Positions 9,840 to 20,928 of a stretch of DNA of 64,000 nucleotides are shown in pieces; the first letter of the stretch is position 1; every line of letters begins with the position of its first letter. Origin of the DNA: Planctomycetota bacterium (GTDB taxonomy: Bacteria > Planctomycetota > PLA2 > JAEUHO01); contig CBDCTJ010000001.1 in NCBI GenBank assembly GCA_965222115.1, forward strand, positions 160,001 through 224,000. Reading direction: 5' to 3'. A model generated the notes under the pieces. That model was not told where the DNA came from, ran no database searches, and was given only the letters and a program-made list of their open reading frames with translations. The translations under genes and the position numbers were made by a program.

Positions 9840-10138
9840 GGAGCCGTCGTGTCCCTAAGAACCTGGGAAACCAACATACGTCAACGAGCCAGATCAACCA
9901 CGCCCTGTCCCGCTTGGAATCGCCTCCACGTTCGAGTACGCCCAAGATCACCATCCCCCCGGAACCGTTGACTTGACAGGGCGCGAGCATTTGCGATAGC
10001 CGGTCGCGACCGGGCATCACCGCCGCTTGTCTTGACTTCGGCGACATACTCGGAATCGATTGGAGGCGGAGGGGAACGGGCGGTGAAACATGTAACCGGC
10101 GCGGGTCGTTTCGTACACCCGCATTTGCGCACCCGGCA

Positions 10139-10969
10139 TTGATCGGTGGAGCTAGAGTGTTCCCTGTGACGGAAGGTCCCGAAATTCAATCCATGCTCCT
10201 GGGACGCAATTACCAGGACGGCGACGCGCGCGTGACGTGGAATTCTCGGTGTGGGCGGGCAGACGCTGCCCTCGCTCGCGGGCACGTCAAGCCGGAGAAC
10301 GAGGACGCGCTCCTGGTTCGATTTCGTGATGATACGTGGCTGGCGCTGGTTGCCGACGGCCATTTGGGACACGCCGCCAGCCACGAACTGACCGAGGCGT
10401 TTGCGCGGGCACCTGCGGGGATTACGGGCTCGCCGATGGCACTGGGGCACTTCATCGAAGAGACGCTCCATGGCGCGACACCCCAGCCGGAGGCAGGCAC
10501 TACCCTCACCGTGTGCGCATTGGACATGCGACGACGCGAGCTCTTTGGTTACTCGTGGGGCGACTCGACGGCGGCGATCCTTCGTTCCGGCAAACGTCCC
10601 CGTGTGCTGACCAACAAAAATGGCAACTTCATTCGACTAGACGAATCGATACCGCCTCCACGCCCACAAACGTTTTCATGCCGCATACCCTTTGAGAGCA
10701 CGTTGCTGCTCTACACGGACGGCGTTGACGAATGCCACTACCGGCATCCCGGATCTTCGATCCGCATTCATCACATTCAGAATATCTACGAACGAGCGCG
10801 GGCTTCATCGTCGTCAATGGCTGAACAACTCTTGGACGCAGCACTCGATGGTCTGTCGGGTATGCCGGGCGGCGAAGACAACATTGCCATCCTCTCGATC
10901 ACGCCCGATCAGCGTGCCAAGACGGGCGCGGGTGCTACGCCTGAACGATTCGTGCCCGTGGGTCCTTAA
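10139..10969 (+). CDS. PP2C/PPM-family Ser/Thr phosphatase
   Basis: 'ENEDA', 'LVADGHLG', 'WGDS', 'LLYTDGV', 'GGEDNI'; start may be a few codons later. Confidence 0.8.
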   Translation: MIGGARVFPVTEGPEIQSMLLGRNYQDGDARVTWNSRCGRADAALARGHVKPENEDALLVRFRDDTWLALVADGHLGHAASHELTEAFARAPAGITGSPMALGHFIEETLHGATPQPEAGTTLTVCALDMRRRELFGYSWGDSTAAILRSGKRPRVLTNKNGNFIRLDESIPPPRPQTFSCRIPFESTLLLYTDGVDECHYRHPGSSIRIHHIQNIYERARASSSSMAEQLLDAALDGLSGMPGGEDNIAILSITPDQRAKTGAGATPERFVPVGP

Positions 10970-12266
10970 TGCTTCGCATCGCGCCGCGGGTATCCACGAC
11001 CAACTGTGCGTATTGCGCTATCGCCTCATAGTCAAGCGTGCTGTGATTGGTTGAAATCACCACCACGTCGTAGGTTGCGAGCGACTCCGGCGTACAGGCC
11101 ACCGACTTCATGCCCGCGATCTCGGGGTGTTCCCGCATGTCCGGCACTTCGTCCACCAACGGGTCATGGAAGTCCACATGCGCGCCACCGGCTTTGAACA
11201 GTTCGATCAGGTGTGCCGAAGGCGTCTCGCGCACATCATCCACATCGGGCTTATACGCCAGACCCAAGATGAGCACGCGACTTCCCCGGAGCGGCTTCTC
11301 GTCGTGATTCAGGGCTTCAACCACGCGCTGCTTCACCCACTGGGGCATGCGCGTATTGACTTCACCGGCCAACTCAATAAAGCGCGTATGTTGGCCATAC
11401 TCACGCGCCTTCCACGTGAGATAGAACGGATCGATAGGAATGCAGTGCCCGCCGAGGCCCGGACCGGGCCAAAACGCCTGAAATCCAAACGGCTTCGTGC
11501 TCGCGGCCTCGATCACTTTCCACACATCGATGCCCATGGGCGTGAGCACCGTCTTCATTTCGTTGGCAAGCGCAATATTGACCGCGCGGTAGATGTTCTC
11601 AAACAGCTTGGCGGCCTCTGCGACTTCGCAGCTCTCCACGCGTATCGCCTCTTTCACTGCGCAGCCATAGAGCGCGGTAGCCAGCTCGCCGCACGTCTCG
11701 GTGAACCCCCCTACGAGCTTGGGAATGGTCTGCGTGTTGTGACTCTGGCGACCCGGATCTTCCCGCTCGGGCGAATAGGCCAAGAAGTAGTCACTGCCCG
11801 CCTCGAAACCCGATTGATCGAGAATCGGCTTCATGACGCCCGTCGTGGTCCCGGGATAGGTCGTGCTCTCAAGGCTCACGAGCTGCCCGGGCCGAAGGAC
11901 GTCTCGAATCGTCTCGCAGGTGGCCTCTACGTAACTCAGGTCGGGTTCTTGATGCTTTCCCAGGGGTGTGGGCACGCAGAGGATGAGCGCGTCGGCCGTA
12001 GAGAGCGCCGCCTGGCCCGACGTGGCGGCAAAGCTCTCGTGCTCGCTCATCGCGCGAACGAAGTCCTCGCCCAAGTGCTTGAGGTAATTCTCCCCGCGCC
12101 GCAGGGCGTCGATCTTGGCCGGATCCACATCGAATCCGAGCACGGGAAACCCCGCGTCGAAGAAGGCACGAAGCAGCGGTAGCCCCACATACCCGAGCCC
12201 CAATACGCCCACGGTTGCAGTTCGATTTTGAATCTTCTCTCGAAGTTGTTTGGCATTCTCGTTCAC
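10935..12266 (-). CDS. UDP-N-acetylhexosamine 6-dehydrogenase (WbpA/WbpO-like)
   Basis: 'GLGYVGLP', 'CVPTP', 'LESTTYPG', 'SPEREDPG', 'GGHCIPIDP'. Confidence 0.92.
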   Translation of the reverse strand: MNENAKQLREKIQNRTATVGVLGLGYVGLPLLRAFFDAGFPVLGFDVDPAKIDALRRGENYLKHLGEDFVRAMSEHESFAATSGQAALSTADALILCVPTPLGKHQEPDLSYVEATCETIRDVLRPGQLVSLESTTYPGTTTGVMKPILDQSGFEAGSDYFLAYSPEREDPGRQSHNTQTIPKLVGGFTETCGELATALYGCAVKEAIRVESCEVAEAAKLFENIYRAVNIALANEMKTVLTPMGIDVWKVIEAASTKPFGFQAFWPGPGLGGHCIPIDPFYLTWKAREYGQHTRFIELAGEVNTRMPQWVKQRVVEALNHDEKPLRGSRVLILGLAYKPDVDDVRETPSAHLIELFKAGGAHVDFHDPLVDEVPDMREHPEIAGMKSVACTPESLATYDVVVISTNHSTLDYEAIAQYAQLVVDTRGAMRSIKDPRARIVQA

Positions 12267-12388
12267 GGGGCGGGAGTATAGGGCCGGTGTCGAGCGCCCA
12301 AGAAAAAGCGCTCACCGAAATATCGGATCAAAACGTTTTCAGGTGCGACTACGTAATTGACGTAGGGCAGCAAAAGGGAAATGACCAC

Positions 12389-13462
12389 GTGGCTGGTGAC
12401 GTTCAAAATCCATCGACTCGCTACGCAACGGTCCAGCGCGACCTACGTGCGAGTCCCACACACTGGCTCGTCACCGGCTGTGCCGGGTTCATCGGCTCGA
12501 ATCTCATTGAGCGACTACTGCGACTGAATCAGCACGTGGTGGGACTCGACAATCTTTCGACGGGCTACCAGCACAATCTCGACGAGGTCCAATCCCTCGT
12601 GAGCGACGAGCAATGGTCGCGTTTCCGATTCATCCGCGGCGACATTCGAGACATCGACGTATGCCGCGATGCCACCAAGGGCGTCACGCACGTCTTGCAC
12701 CAGGCCGCCCTCGGCAGTGTCCCTCGCAGCCTTGAAGACCCCATAACGACCAACGCGTCCAATATCGACGGCTTCCTGAACATGCTCGTCGCCGCGCGCG
12801 ACGAGGGCGTATCGAGCTTTGTCTACGCCGCCAGTAGCTCCACCTATGGCGACCACCCCGCGCTCCCCAAGACCGAAGCCCAAATCGGCAATCCCCTCTC
12901 CCCCTACGCCGTCACCAAATACGTAAACGAGCTCTATGCCGACGTGTTCGCCCGCTGCTACGACTTCCCCTGCATCGGCCTACGCTACTTCAACGTCTTC
13001 GGGCCCCGCCAAGACCCAAACGGCGCCTACGCCGCCGTCATCCCCAAGTGGACCGCCGCCATGATCAACGGCGACGACGTCTTCATCAACGGCGACGGCG
13101 AGACCAGCCGCGACTTCTGCTTCATCGACAACGCCGTCCAAGCCAACCTCCTCGCCGCCACCGCCAAGGCGAAGGCACGTAATCAGGTCTACAATGTCGC
13201 AGTCGGCGACAGGACCACGCTCAATGAGCTCTATGAGGCGCTCAAGGACGCTCTTTCAACTCACGGTATTGAAGTCAGTAAGCCGCCCATCCACCGCGAG
13301 TTTCGCCCGGGCGACGTGCGGCATTCGCAGGCGGAAGTCAGCAAGGCAGAGAGGTTGCTTGGGTATGAGCCGAGTCATCGGATTGGAGAGGGTATTGGGG
13401 AGGCGATGGGGTGGTATGTTTCATCCTCTGTAGCAAGTGAATCGGCAGCGGCAACATCGTAG
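12389..13462 (+). CDS. UDP-GlcNAc(A) C4-epimerase (WbpP/TviC-like)
   Basis: '[13 protein letters not shown]', '[11 protein letters not shown]', 'SPYAVTK', '[22 protein letters not shown]'; start estimated. Confidence 0.9.
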   Translation: MAGDVQNPSTRYATVQRDLRASPTHWLVTGCAGFIGSNLIERLLRLNQHVVGLDNLSTGYQHNLDEVQSLVSDEQWSRFRFIRGDIRDIDVCRDATKGVTHVLHQAALGSVPRSLEDPITTNASNIDGFLNMLVAARDEGVSSFVYAASSSTYGDHPALPKTEAQIGNPLSPYAVTKYVNELYADVFARCYDFPCIGLRYFNVFGPRQDPNGAYAAVIPKWTAAMINGDDVFINGDGETSRDFCFIDNAVQANLLAATAKAKARNQVYNVAVGDRTTLNELYEALKDALSTHGIEVSKPPIHREFRPGDVRHSQAEVSKAERLLGYEPSHRIGEGIGEAMGWYVSSSVASESAAATS

Positions 13463-13531
13463 GTGCCGATGAGAAAGCGCGAAAACCCGATGACCGATTC
13501 CGGGCAACGCACGCCAAGACGATAGAGTTAC

Positions 13532-14413
13532 ATGATGACTATTCGCAGAAAAGTCGGAAACGTCCTGCGGACGCTCTTGTTGCCGCCTGCGCGACTACTC
13601 CGAGCAATGCATGTTCGACTTCCTGAGCGAGTCTATCGACACTTGCACTCGACTGGTCCGTTCAGCACGCGTCTCCCATGCGGAAACCGCGTAGTTTTGA
13701 TGTCATGGGGTAACAAGGTCGAAAATCAGATCTATTGGAAAGGGGCATTGGGACACGAACCGGCGGCCATGTCCCGTTGGCTGACGCTATCGCGCCATGC
13801 ACGTTGCATACTAGATATTGGGGCCAACACTGGTGTATTCGCATTTTTCGCGAAAGCTACAAATCCTAACGCAGAAGTATTCGCATTCGAACCCATCCCG
13901 CGCATCGCGCAGAGGATACAGGAGAACCGAACTGTCTCAGGACTGGATGTATTGGTGTGCAAGACTGCTGTCGCGAATCAATCCGGCACGGTTTCGATCC
14001 ACGATCCAGGCGGAGAAAACGCATACAGCGCCTCACTCGACGCGAGCTTCCTAAGTAGCGCTACGACCGCAATTGAAGTACCTGTGACTTCGGTAGATGC
14101 GTTTTGTATGTCGCGCGACCTTACCCCGGACTTGATGAAGATCGATGTCGAAGGCGTTGAATCGGAAGTCCTACTAGGAGCGGCGTCGACTTTGCGAACG
14201 GCGCGGCCGTCAGTCATTTGTGAATGGCAAGGTGGCTCTGAATCGCACGCAGAAGTAGCGAAAATGCTTCGAGATTTAGGCTACACGTTGCTTAGCGATG
14301 AAGGTATGCCGTTACGGGCACTTGAGCATCGGAGAGGCCACGAAGATCGAAACGTCTTGTTCATACCGCAAGAGAGAGAAGACCGAATCAAAGTAATTAA
14401 CCACATGGGTTAG
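13532..14413 (+). CDS. FkbM-family methyltransferase
   Basis: 'LDIGANTG', 'VFAFEP', 'MKIDVEGVE'. Confidence 0.85.
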   Translation: MMTIRRKVGNVLRTLLLPPARLLRAMHVRLPERVYRHLHSTGPFSTRLPCGNRVVLMSWGNKVENQIYWKGALGHEPAAMSRWLTLSRHARCILDIGANTGVFAFFAKATNPNAEVFAFEPIPRIAQRIQENRTVSGLDVLVCKTAVANQSGTVSIHDPGGENAYSASLDASFLSSATTAIEVPVTSVDAFCMSRDLTPDLMKIDVEGVESEVLLGAASTLRTARPSVICEWQGGSESHAEVAKMLRDLGYTLLSDEGMPLRALEHRRGHEDRNVLFIPQEREDRIKVINHMG

Positions 14414-16302
14414 CGAATGAATCCCCTTCGCTTGAGTGTGGAAAAGATCATGCCTGCGGCATCCTCCACCGAAATTTCGTGTATTGGTATGTCGACATCC
14501 GGCGACGTTGGTGGTTCATACGGTGCAGTAACCCCGGTAAAATTTTCGATCTCGCCAGAGCGAGCGCGCTCATACAACCCTTCGTCGTCACGCTGCTCAC
14601 ACACCTCCAGAGGAGCCGAACAGTAGATTTCGATAAACTTCGTGTCTCCGATCACCGTTCGTATATACGCGCGGTCGTCTGAGAACGGTGAAACGAATGA
14701 CGCTATGGCTATAACTCCGGCGTCGTTCAAGAGCTTTGCAATGCCGGCTGCGCGACGAAGGTTCTCTGTCCGATCATCTGCGGAGTAGCCAAGGTCTACA
14801 TTGACCGTCTCGCGCAGCGACGGTCCATTCACGACGAAGCACGTCTTTCCTGCCTCCACAAGTCTCTCTTCTAACGCATAGGCGACCGAGGCCTTGCCTG
14901 ATCTGGGTAGCCCAGTGATCCAGACTGTCACCGCACGCTGATTTAGCACCTCTTCGCGCCTAGCCGTAGAAACGCGCGACCGCGTCAGCTTAGACTGCTT
15001 GTAGGTGTCTTTGTCGTGAGTTGCGCGCGTACCAACAATCATGCCGCATGCCACCGTAGCGTTGGTCATCCTGTCAATCATGACGAATGAGCCAGTGCGA
15101 CGATTCTTCTTGTACGTATCATGCGCTATGGCTCGTGTACACGTTATCGACACTCGAGCGATTTCATTCAACGCGATTCCACTTCCCTGCATCCGATGAA
15201 GTGAATTTGGGTCAAGTCGATATCGTATCGACGACACGAATCCGGTGACCTTTTCGCTTGCAAGTCGTATCCAATACCCTCTTTCCTGATCTAACGAATC
15301 TGATGACATCCACACCACCATTGCGTCGAAATCGTGCGATAGCTTCGGCACATTTCCTGGGTGAACAATCATGTCACCACGACTCAAGTCGATTTGATCT
15401 TCTAGTTGCACTGTCACGGCCATAGGCGGGAACGCTTCTTGAAGATCCCCTTCATGAGTGCTAATCGACGCGATTCGAGTCCGCATCCTTGATGGCAATG
15501 CCATGACGTCGTCACCACGACGCAAAATGCCGGAGGCAAGAGAACCAGCGAAACCTCTAAAGCTGGAATTTGGGCGGAGCACATACTGCACCGGAAAACG
15601 TAGATCGATGAGGTTGCGGTCAGACGCCACGTGTACGCGTTCTAGATAGTCCAAGAGCGGACTTCCCTGGTACCACGGCATGCGGCTGCTTCGGCTTACG
15701 ACGTTGTCTCCTTGTAACGCAGACACCGGGATAAATTGAACGTCTGTAAACTCCAACTTCGCTGCAAAGTCCGAAAATTCGTGCCGAATCTGGTCATATA
15801 CACGCTCATCCCAATTCACAGTATCCATCTTGTTGATCGCCACAGCAACGTGGCGGATGCCAAGCAGCGAAACAACGAAACTGTGCCTTCGAGTCTGTTC
15901 TAGCACTCCAGCACTTGCGTCAATTAGAATGACAGCTAAGTCGCATGACGATGCTCCGGTTGCCATATTTCGAGTGTACTGGGCATGTCCAGGTGCGTCC
16001 GCAATGATAAATTTTCGTTTGGGCGTGCTGAAGTAGCGGTACGCCACGTCAATCGTTATTCCCTGTTCTCGTTCAGCGCTAAGCCCGTCAGTCAGCAGTG
16101 AGAGATCCAGCATGCGTTCGTCACCAACACTTCCTTTGGCGCTATCTCGTTCCAATGCACTAAGCTGGTCCTCATAAATGCCCTTGGAGTCATATAGGAG
16201 TCGCCCGATTAGCGTGCTCTTGCCATCATCAACGCTCCCGGCTGCCAGAAACCGGAGCAGGTCCTTGCGAGCATTAAGCTCGAGGTACTCGCGAAAATGC
16301 AC
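14410..16302 (-). CDS. cysNC: Bifunctional sulfate adenylyltransferase subunit 1 / APS kinase (CysNC/NodQ)
   Basis: 'GSVDDGKSTLIGRLL', 'EREQGITIDVAYRYF', C-terminal APS kinase domain (P-loop 'GLPRSGKAS'). Confidence 0.95.
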   Translation of the reverse strand: MHFREYLELNARKDLLRFLAAGSVDDGKSTLIGRLLYDSKGIYEDQLSALERDSAKGSVGDERMLDLSLLTDGLSAEREQGITIDVAYRYFSTPKRKFIIADAPGHAQYTRNMATGASSCDLAVILIDASAGVLEQTRRHSFVVSLLGIRHVAVAINKMDTVNWDERVYDQIRHEFSDFAAKLEFTDVQFIPVSALQGDNVVSRSSRMPWYQGSPLLDYLERVHVASDRNLIDLRFPVQYVLRPNSSFRGFAGSLASGILRRGDDVMALPSRMRTRIASISTHEGDLQEAFPPMAVTVQLEDQIDLSRGDMIVHPGNVPKLSHDFDAMVVWMSSDSLDQERGYWIRLASEKVTGFVSSIRYRLDPNSLHRMQGSGIALNEIARVSITCTRAIAHDTYKKNRRTGSFVMIDRMTNATVACGMIVGTRATHDKDTYKQSKLTRSRVSTARREEVLNQRAVTVWITGLPRSGKASVAYALEERLVEAGKTCFVVNGPSLRETVNVDLGYSADDRTENLRRAAGIAKLLNDAGVIAIASFVSPFSDDRAYIRTVIGDTKFIEIYCSAPLEVCEQRDDEGLYERARSGEIENFTGVTAPYEPPTSPDVDIPIHEISVEDAAGMIFSTLKRRGFIR

Positions 16303-17216
16303 TAGAAGTATCCCTCACGCTTCTTCTGCTCCATAGCACCAGACTCTTCATGGTCAATGACTCTTCCAGATCGCTCAGAGTGTGACGCTGAAATCATCTC
16401 TTCGACGATTTCTTCGACGGAAGTTGCACTGCTTTCGACTGCACCCGTCAATGGGTAGCAACCCAGCGTGCGGAACCTGACGCGGCGATGCTGCGGAGCT
16501 TCCCCCGCCTTGAGTCTCATGCGATCGTCATCCACCAAGATAAGATTTCCTCCACGTTCCACGACCGGTCTCTTAGCCGCAAAGTAGAGCGGCACTACAG
16601 GAATCTGCTCTGTATAGATGTAGAGCCACACGTCGAGCTCGGTCCAGTTTGAAAGTGGGAAGACTCGGATGCTCTCACCAGGCTTGACCTCTGTGTTGTA
16701 CAACTGCCAGAGCTCGGGTCGTTGATTCTTGGGATCCCATTGATGGAATCTGTCTCGAAAGGAAAAGATGCGTTCTTTGGCGCGGGACGTTTCCTCGTCG
16801 CGCCTAGCCCCGCCAAACGCAGCATCAAACCCGTGGGTACTAAGTGCCTGCTTCAGCGCCTCTGTCTTCATTACCCTCGTGTAGTTAGAGGAGCCATGGT
16901 CAAAAGGATTGATACCCTCACGAACACCATCCGTGTTCTTGTGGACAATTAGCTTCACGCCCAGGTGGTCACACGTCTTGTCACGGAAATCGATCATCTC
17001 CTTGAACTTCCATGTCGTATCAACATGAAGAAGTGGAAACGGTAGTGGCGCGGGATGAAACGCTTTCTGTGCCAACCGGAGCATGACAGAAGAGTCTTTC
17101 CCCACTGAATACATCAATACCGGATTGGAAAACTCCGCAGCGACCTCGCGCATGATGTAGATGCTCTCGGCCTCAAGCTGCTGCAGATGACTAAGTACAT
17201 ACTTGGTTACAGGCAT
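16302..17216 (-). CDS. cysD: Sulfate adenylyltransferase subunit 2
   Basis: '[10 protein letters not shown]', 'GGARRDEE', '[11 protein letters not shown]', '[11 protein letters not shown]', 'KKREGYF'. Confidence 0.96.
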   Translation of the reverse strand: MPVTKYVLSHLQQLEAESIYIMREVAAEFSNPVLMYSVGKDSSVMLRLAQKAFHPAPLPFPLLHVDTTWKFKEMIDFRDKTCDHLGVKLIVHKNTDGVREGINPFDHGSSNYTRVMKTEALKQALSTHGFDAAFGGARRDEETSRAKERIFSFRDRFHQWDPKNQRPELWQLYNTEVKPGESIRVFPLSNWTELDVWLYIYTEQIPVVPLYFAAKRPVVERGGNLILVDDDRMRLKAGEAPQHRRVRFRTLGCYPLTGAVESSATSVEEIVEEMISASHSERSGRVIDHEESGAMEQKKREGYF

Positions 17217-17227
17217 CTTGACATCTA

Positions 17228-17842
17228 CTACTTAATTCGATCAATCGCGAGTTGAACGACGTCGTACAACTGCGACACGCATTCAGATACACTGTGCTTG
17301 GCGGTGTCTAACGCAAGCGCCGGTGACTTAGGTACTTCGTAGGGGGCCGACACGCCAGTGAACTCCTCGATTTCGCCGGTTCGTGCGAGAGAGTACAATC
17401 CCTTCGGGTCCCGCGCCTCACACTGTTCAACCGTAGCTCTCACGAAAACTTCAAGGAATCGTTTAGGCCCCGAAGCTTGTCGAGCTGCTTCTCTGCCTTT
17501 CGCGTAAGGAGAAATGCAGGCCACGAGCACGACTACGCCCGCATCCGCAAATAACGCCGCTACCTCCCCCAGTCGTCGAACATTCTCTTCTCGGTCCAGC
17601 GGTGAAAAGCCAAGATCACTATTCAGCCCGTGACGGACGTTGTCTCCATCGAGACGATACGTCAGGACGTTGCTCTGGTGCAGGCGCTCCTCCAGACCGT
17701 TCGCCAAGGTGGACTTTCCTGATCCCGACAATCCAGTAAGCCAAACCACGAGCCCAGCCTGGCTAAGCATAGTTTCGCGATTCTCTCGCTCAACGGAACC
17801 GGCCGACCACTCGACACGATTCCTCTTGTCAGATGTCGTCAT
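17228..17842 (-). CDS. cysC: Adenylyl-sulfate kinase
   Basis: '[12 protein letters not shown]', '[10 protein letters not shown]', 'RDPKGLY', 'FTGVSAPYE'. Confidence 0.95.
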   Translation of the reverse strand: MTTSDKRNRVEWSAGSVERENRETMLSQAGLVVWLTGLSGSGKSTLANGLEERLHQSNVLTYRLDGDNVRHGLNSDLGFSPLDREENVRRLGEVAALFADAGVVVLVACISPYAKGREAARQASGPKRFLEVFVRATVEQCEARDPKGLYSLARTGEIEEFTGVSAPYEVPKSPALALDTAKHSVSECVSQLYDVVQLAIDRIK

Positions 17843-18232
17843 GCCGATCGCGCCCAATCTGTCCTCGAAGTCGCCAACTAGACATGGAATGTACTAGCTC
17901 CTGCTCAGCCTCTCATCCTTTGGCGCCACTTGAACTCTCGTCCAATTCGACTCCCCGCGCCTGGTATACGAGTCGAACGTCGCCACTGCAGCAATTTTCC
18001 GCCCCAAAAACGGGAAAGAACCACGAGCACAATGCCGCAACTCTGCGTCGGCCCTGCGCCGGGCTCCGTTTGAAATCTTCTCTACTACCTGATCCGATTC
18101 ACTCGCTGCGAGGTGCGTCCCTTCGAAATCGTCATCGTCGACGTGAACAGACCACGCCTACGGATCAATTTCTTAGTCCATCGCCCCTCGCTTCGGTATC
18201 GAATCACTCGCAACGAGCTTTCCAAACAAAAC

Positions 18233-19138
18233 TTAGCTCATCTTAAGCCAATTGGGGAGTAGTCGGCCGGTGACCTGCTCGAGCTTTCGCCGATCGGGTT
18301 CTAGCTTTTTGGCGATTGTCTTTGCCAATTCACGCGGAATTTCCTCGACACTGGCCCTTGCCATATTCGCCGCCTTGAGCCTTCTCCCTAAGTGGAGGCG
18401 ATCCCGTTTAAGCGCGCGCCGCAGCAATCTCGCAGAGGCTAGGACGATGGGACCAGGACGCTGAGTGATCCGAGCAATGGATTTGGAACGGCTACTTCGA
18501 GCAGCGTGAATCTTGGGGAACTCAGTACGGCCTCCATCCTGCAAGTCGAGGAAATTGAGAATCGCAAGGTATTCGCTCCGCGCGTCCGTGGTCCATCGGT
18601 CAAACCATACGATGTGGACCTGTTCGCGGGGAACATGGCGATACAAACGCTCAACTTGTTCGCCGAACGAGGCCACTGCGGCATAGTTTAGGAATGACGA
18701 CTCAAGGCATGTCTTTGGAATGTCTCTGCCAAACTTCCGTTCTTCCCACGCCACCCAGGCTTCGGCAAAAGAAGAATACACTTCGTTCTGTCCATAGAGT
18801 AACTCGTTGTGATAAGACGGCAAGAATGAGAGTGGTGGTCGAAGAAAAGCCAAGACTCTCGAGCTAGAATTGTGCTCGATGAGTCGTTGTACGGCGACAT
18901 CCGAGTATAGGTACATGACGGAGCACTCGCCCTCATACGCATATTTACTTGATTGGGGAAACAACTCTAGGTAAGAATCCCAGTCCCTGTACCAGCGAAA
19001 TCGGTCGTGGTCGAAGTTGAAGAAGTGAGGTTCTTTCGGTCCTGAAAAGAAGATTTCAGAATGGTCCGCTAGATATGTACGCCATGCGGTTGTTCCTGAC
19101 TTAGGAGCGCCCACGAGAAACAGGTTGGGCTTTCTCAT
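18233..19138 (-). CDS. Sulfotransferase (Sulfotransfer_1/3-like)
   Basis: 5'-PSB loop 'PNLFLVGAPKSGTT', 'KEPHFF'; GGAGG RBS before ATG 19138. Confidence 0.85.
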   Translation of the reverse strand: MRKPNLFLVGAPKSGTTAWRTYLADHSEIFFSGPKEPHFFNFDHDRFRWYRDWDSYLELFPQSSKYAYEGECSVMYLYSDVAVQRLIEHNSSSRVLAFLRPPLSFLPSYHNELLYGQNEVYSSFAEAWVAWEERKFGRDIPKTCLESSFLNYAAVASFGEQVERLYRHVPREQVHIVWFDRWTTDARSEYLAILNFLDLQDGGRTEFPKIHAARSSRSKSIARITQRPGPIVLASARLLRRALKRDRLHLGRRLKAANMARASVEEIPRELAKTIAKKLEPDRRKLEQVTGRLLPNWLKMS

Positions 19139-19359
19139 CTTTGCCTCCTTCATCCGAAGTGCGGACGCCAAATCCAGAACCACGACCAAGAATATGTCGG
19201 TCTCACAAGTCCCGCCCAGCTTCTTGAGTCGGAATCTAGAGTTCTTGGCAACACCGCTCGTGATACTACAGTCTTGTCGGGAGTATAGTTGTTCACGCGG
19301 CGCTGTGAGGGGGCTCTTTGGTGCGCCCCGTCAATCAAACTAGCCGCACAGGCCCAGAA

Positions 19360-20658
19360 ATGAAGATGACCCACTCCACTACCATTCGCGTTGTGGCCAA
19401 TCTTGGCGCAAAGGTATTCGCGGTCCTGTGCCGACTGCTAACTGCAATTCTCCTGGGTCGGTGGCTAGGACCAGCGGGATACGGGCTCTATGCGATCGGC
19501 GTCAGTGTCTTGCGTATAGGAGCGATACCCGCGGGTGTTGGACAAGAAGGGCTCCTGGTGCGCGTAGTTTCGCTCGTCGGGACCGGTGAACCCGCCTATT
19601 CGCGCGCGCGTGAAATAGGCGCGCTGTGGGGAAGCGCCATGGGGATCGTCGTAACTTGCTCCACCGGAGTCGTTGTGGCTGGCTTGGCCGCAGTTTCTCT
19701 CAGCTCCGAACCGAGCCCAGGAGTCTACATAGCTGCGATTGCTGCAATCCCCTTGGTCTCTCTGTCCGCAGCTCAACAAGGACTACTACGGGGCCTGAAC
19801 CACGTAGTTCAGGCCGCGATTCCGCGCCTAGTCGTAGCGCCAGCGATAACTCTAATACTCATTCTTATAGTTCGGTCACAAAATCCCCAACCCATGCTGG
19901 GAGTGATCTGCGTGGGGATAGGCGGTCTCGCTTCTTGCTCATGCGCAGCCATACTTGTGATGCGAACAGGTCAAGTCCGTTCGCCCAGTATTGACAGACA
20001 AACATGGAAGCGACTTGTTCGAGAAGGCGCGCCTTTCATGGTCATTGCCGGACTTGGCGTGATTGCCAGACAAATCGACATTCTGTGTCTTGCGTCTATT
20101 CGAGGCGAGACAGAAACGGGGCTCTACAGTGCTGCCTCCAGGTTGTCCGCCTTACCAATATTCACCCTTGGCGCAATCAATGCAGTTATCTCGCCCAAGC
20201 TTGCTCGCTTGCACGAGAATGGCCAACAAGATCGACTGCAGAGGCTAGTGACAAAAGCCATGTGGGCTATCTCGGCATCCACAACACTTTCGACGATAGG
20301 CCTCCTACTATTCGCTCCATTTGTCTTCTCGCTATTTGGTGCCGGATTCGAGACATCGATGCCGATTCTGGTGGTCCTCGTAGCAGGTGCAGCGATCAAC
20401 AGTCTTTGCGGACCGTGTGGGACGCTAATGCTCATGGCGGGACATCAACGTGTAGTAACAAAGACGTTCACCTATACCTGCCTAGGAAACTTGGCCATGA
20501 ACTTGCTCCTGGTCCCAATCTACGGCGCAATTGGTGCGGCAATCGCTACGGGGGCGACTCAAGTTGCCTGGAACGTTGCACTTACCGCACTGTGTCGATC
20601 AAGATTAGGAATAGATCCGAGTCTTGCAGTACTCTTGAAACCACCCCGAACCGGTTAG
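19360..20658 (+). CDS. Wzx-type polysaccharide flippase
   Basis: 'RWLGPAGYGLY', 'QIDILCL...TGLYSAASRL', 'NLLLVPIYGAIGAAIAT'; many TM helices. Confidence 0.88.
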   Translation: MKMTHSTTIRVVANLGAKVFAVLCRLLTAILLGRWLGPAGYGLYAIGVSVLRIGAIPAGVGQEGLLVRVVSLVGTGEPAYSRAREIGALWGSAMGIVVTCSTGVVVAGLAAVSLSSEPSPGVYIAAIAAIPLVSLSAAQQGLLRGLNHVVQAAIPRLVVAPAITLILILIVRSQNPQPMLGVICVGIGGLASCSCAAILVMRTGQVRSPSIDRQTWKRLVREGAPFMVIAGLGVIARQIDILCLASIRGETETGLYSAASRLSALPIFTLGAINAVISPKLARLHENGQQDRLQRLVTKAMWAISASTTLSTIGLLLFAPFVFSLFGAGFETSMPILVVLVAGAAINSLCGPCGTLMLMAGHQRVVTKTFTYTCLGNLAMNLLLVPIYGAIGAAIATGATQVAWNVALTALCRSRLGIDPSLAVLLKPPRTG

Positions 20659-20928
20659 AAGCGTGTCCCGAGCAAGTCAAGAGAATGTGGAAGAATATTG
20701 CATGACTGGAATCCACGTTCGACAATCAAGGGTGACGGAGTTCATCACTCACCTTACTCGTCAAATTTTGCAAGGACCCAGACACGCGACAAAGGAGACC
20801 AATTGTGTACTCAGCGGACAGTAAGCTAGACGGGAAACTGAGACAGACACCACTGAGTTGACCCGTCTTCGGTACAGGCTGGATCGATGTCCACGAAAAC
20901 GGGTCAACTCCACGATCTTGTAGTCGTC

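Noticed and set aside
9840-10138. Additional lasso precursor near ABC/B2 (also checked 3105-3216, 42844-43044, 46055-46231)
   Set aside because: No ORF with a YxxPxL...T leader found by eye; a very divergent precursor cannot be excluded
17858-18232. Possible gene remnant between the sulfotransferase and cysC
   Set aside because: The frames I read gave no recognisable similarity
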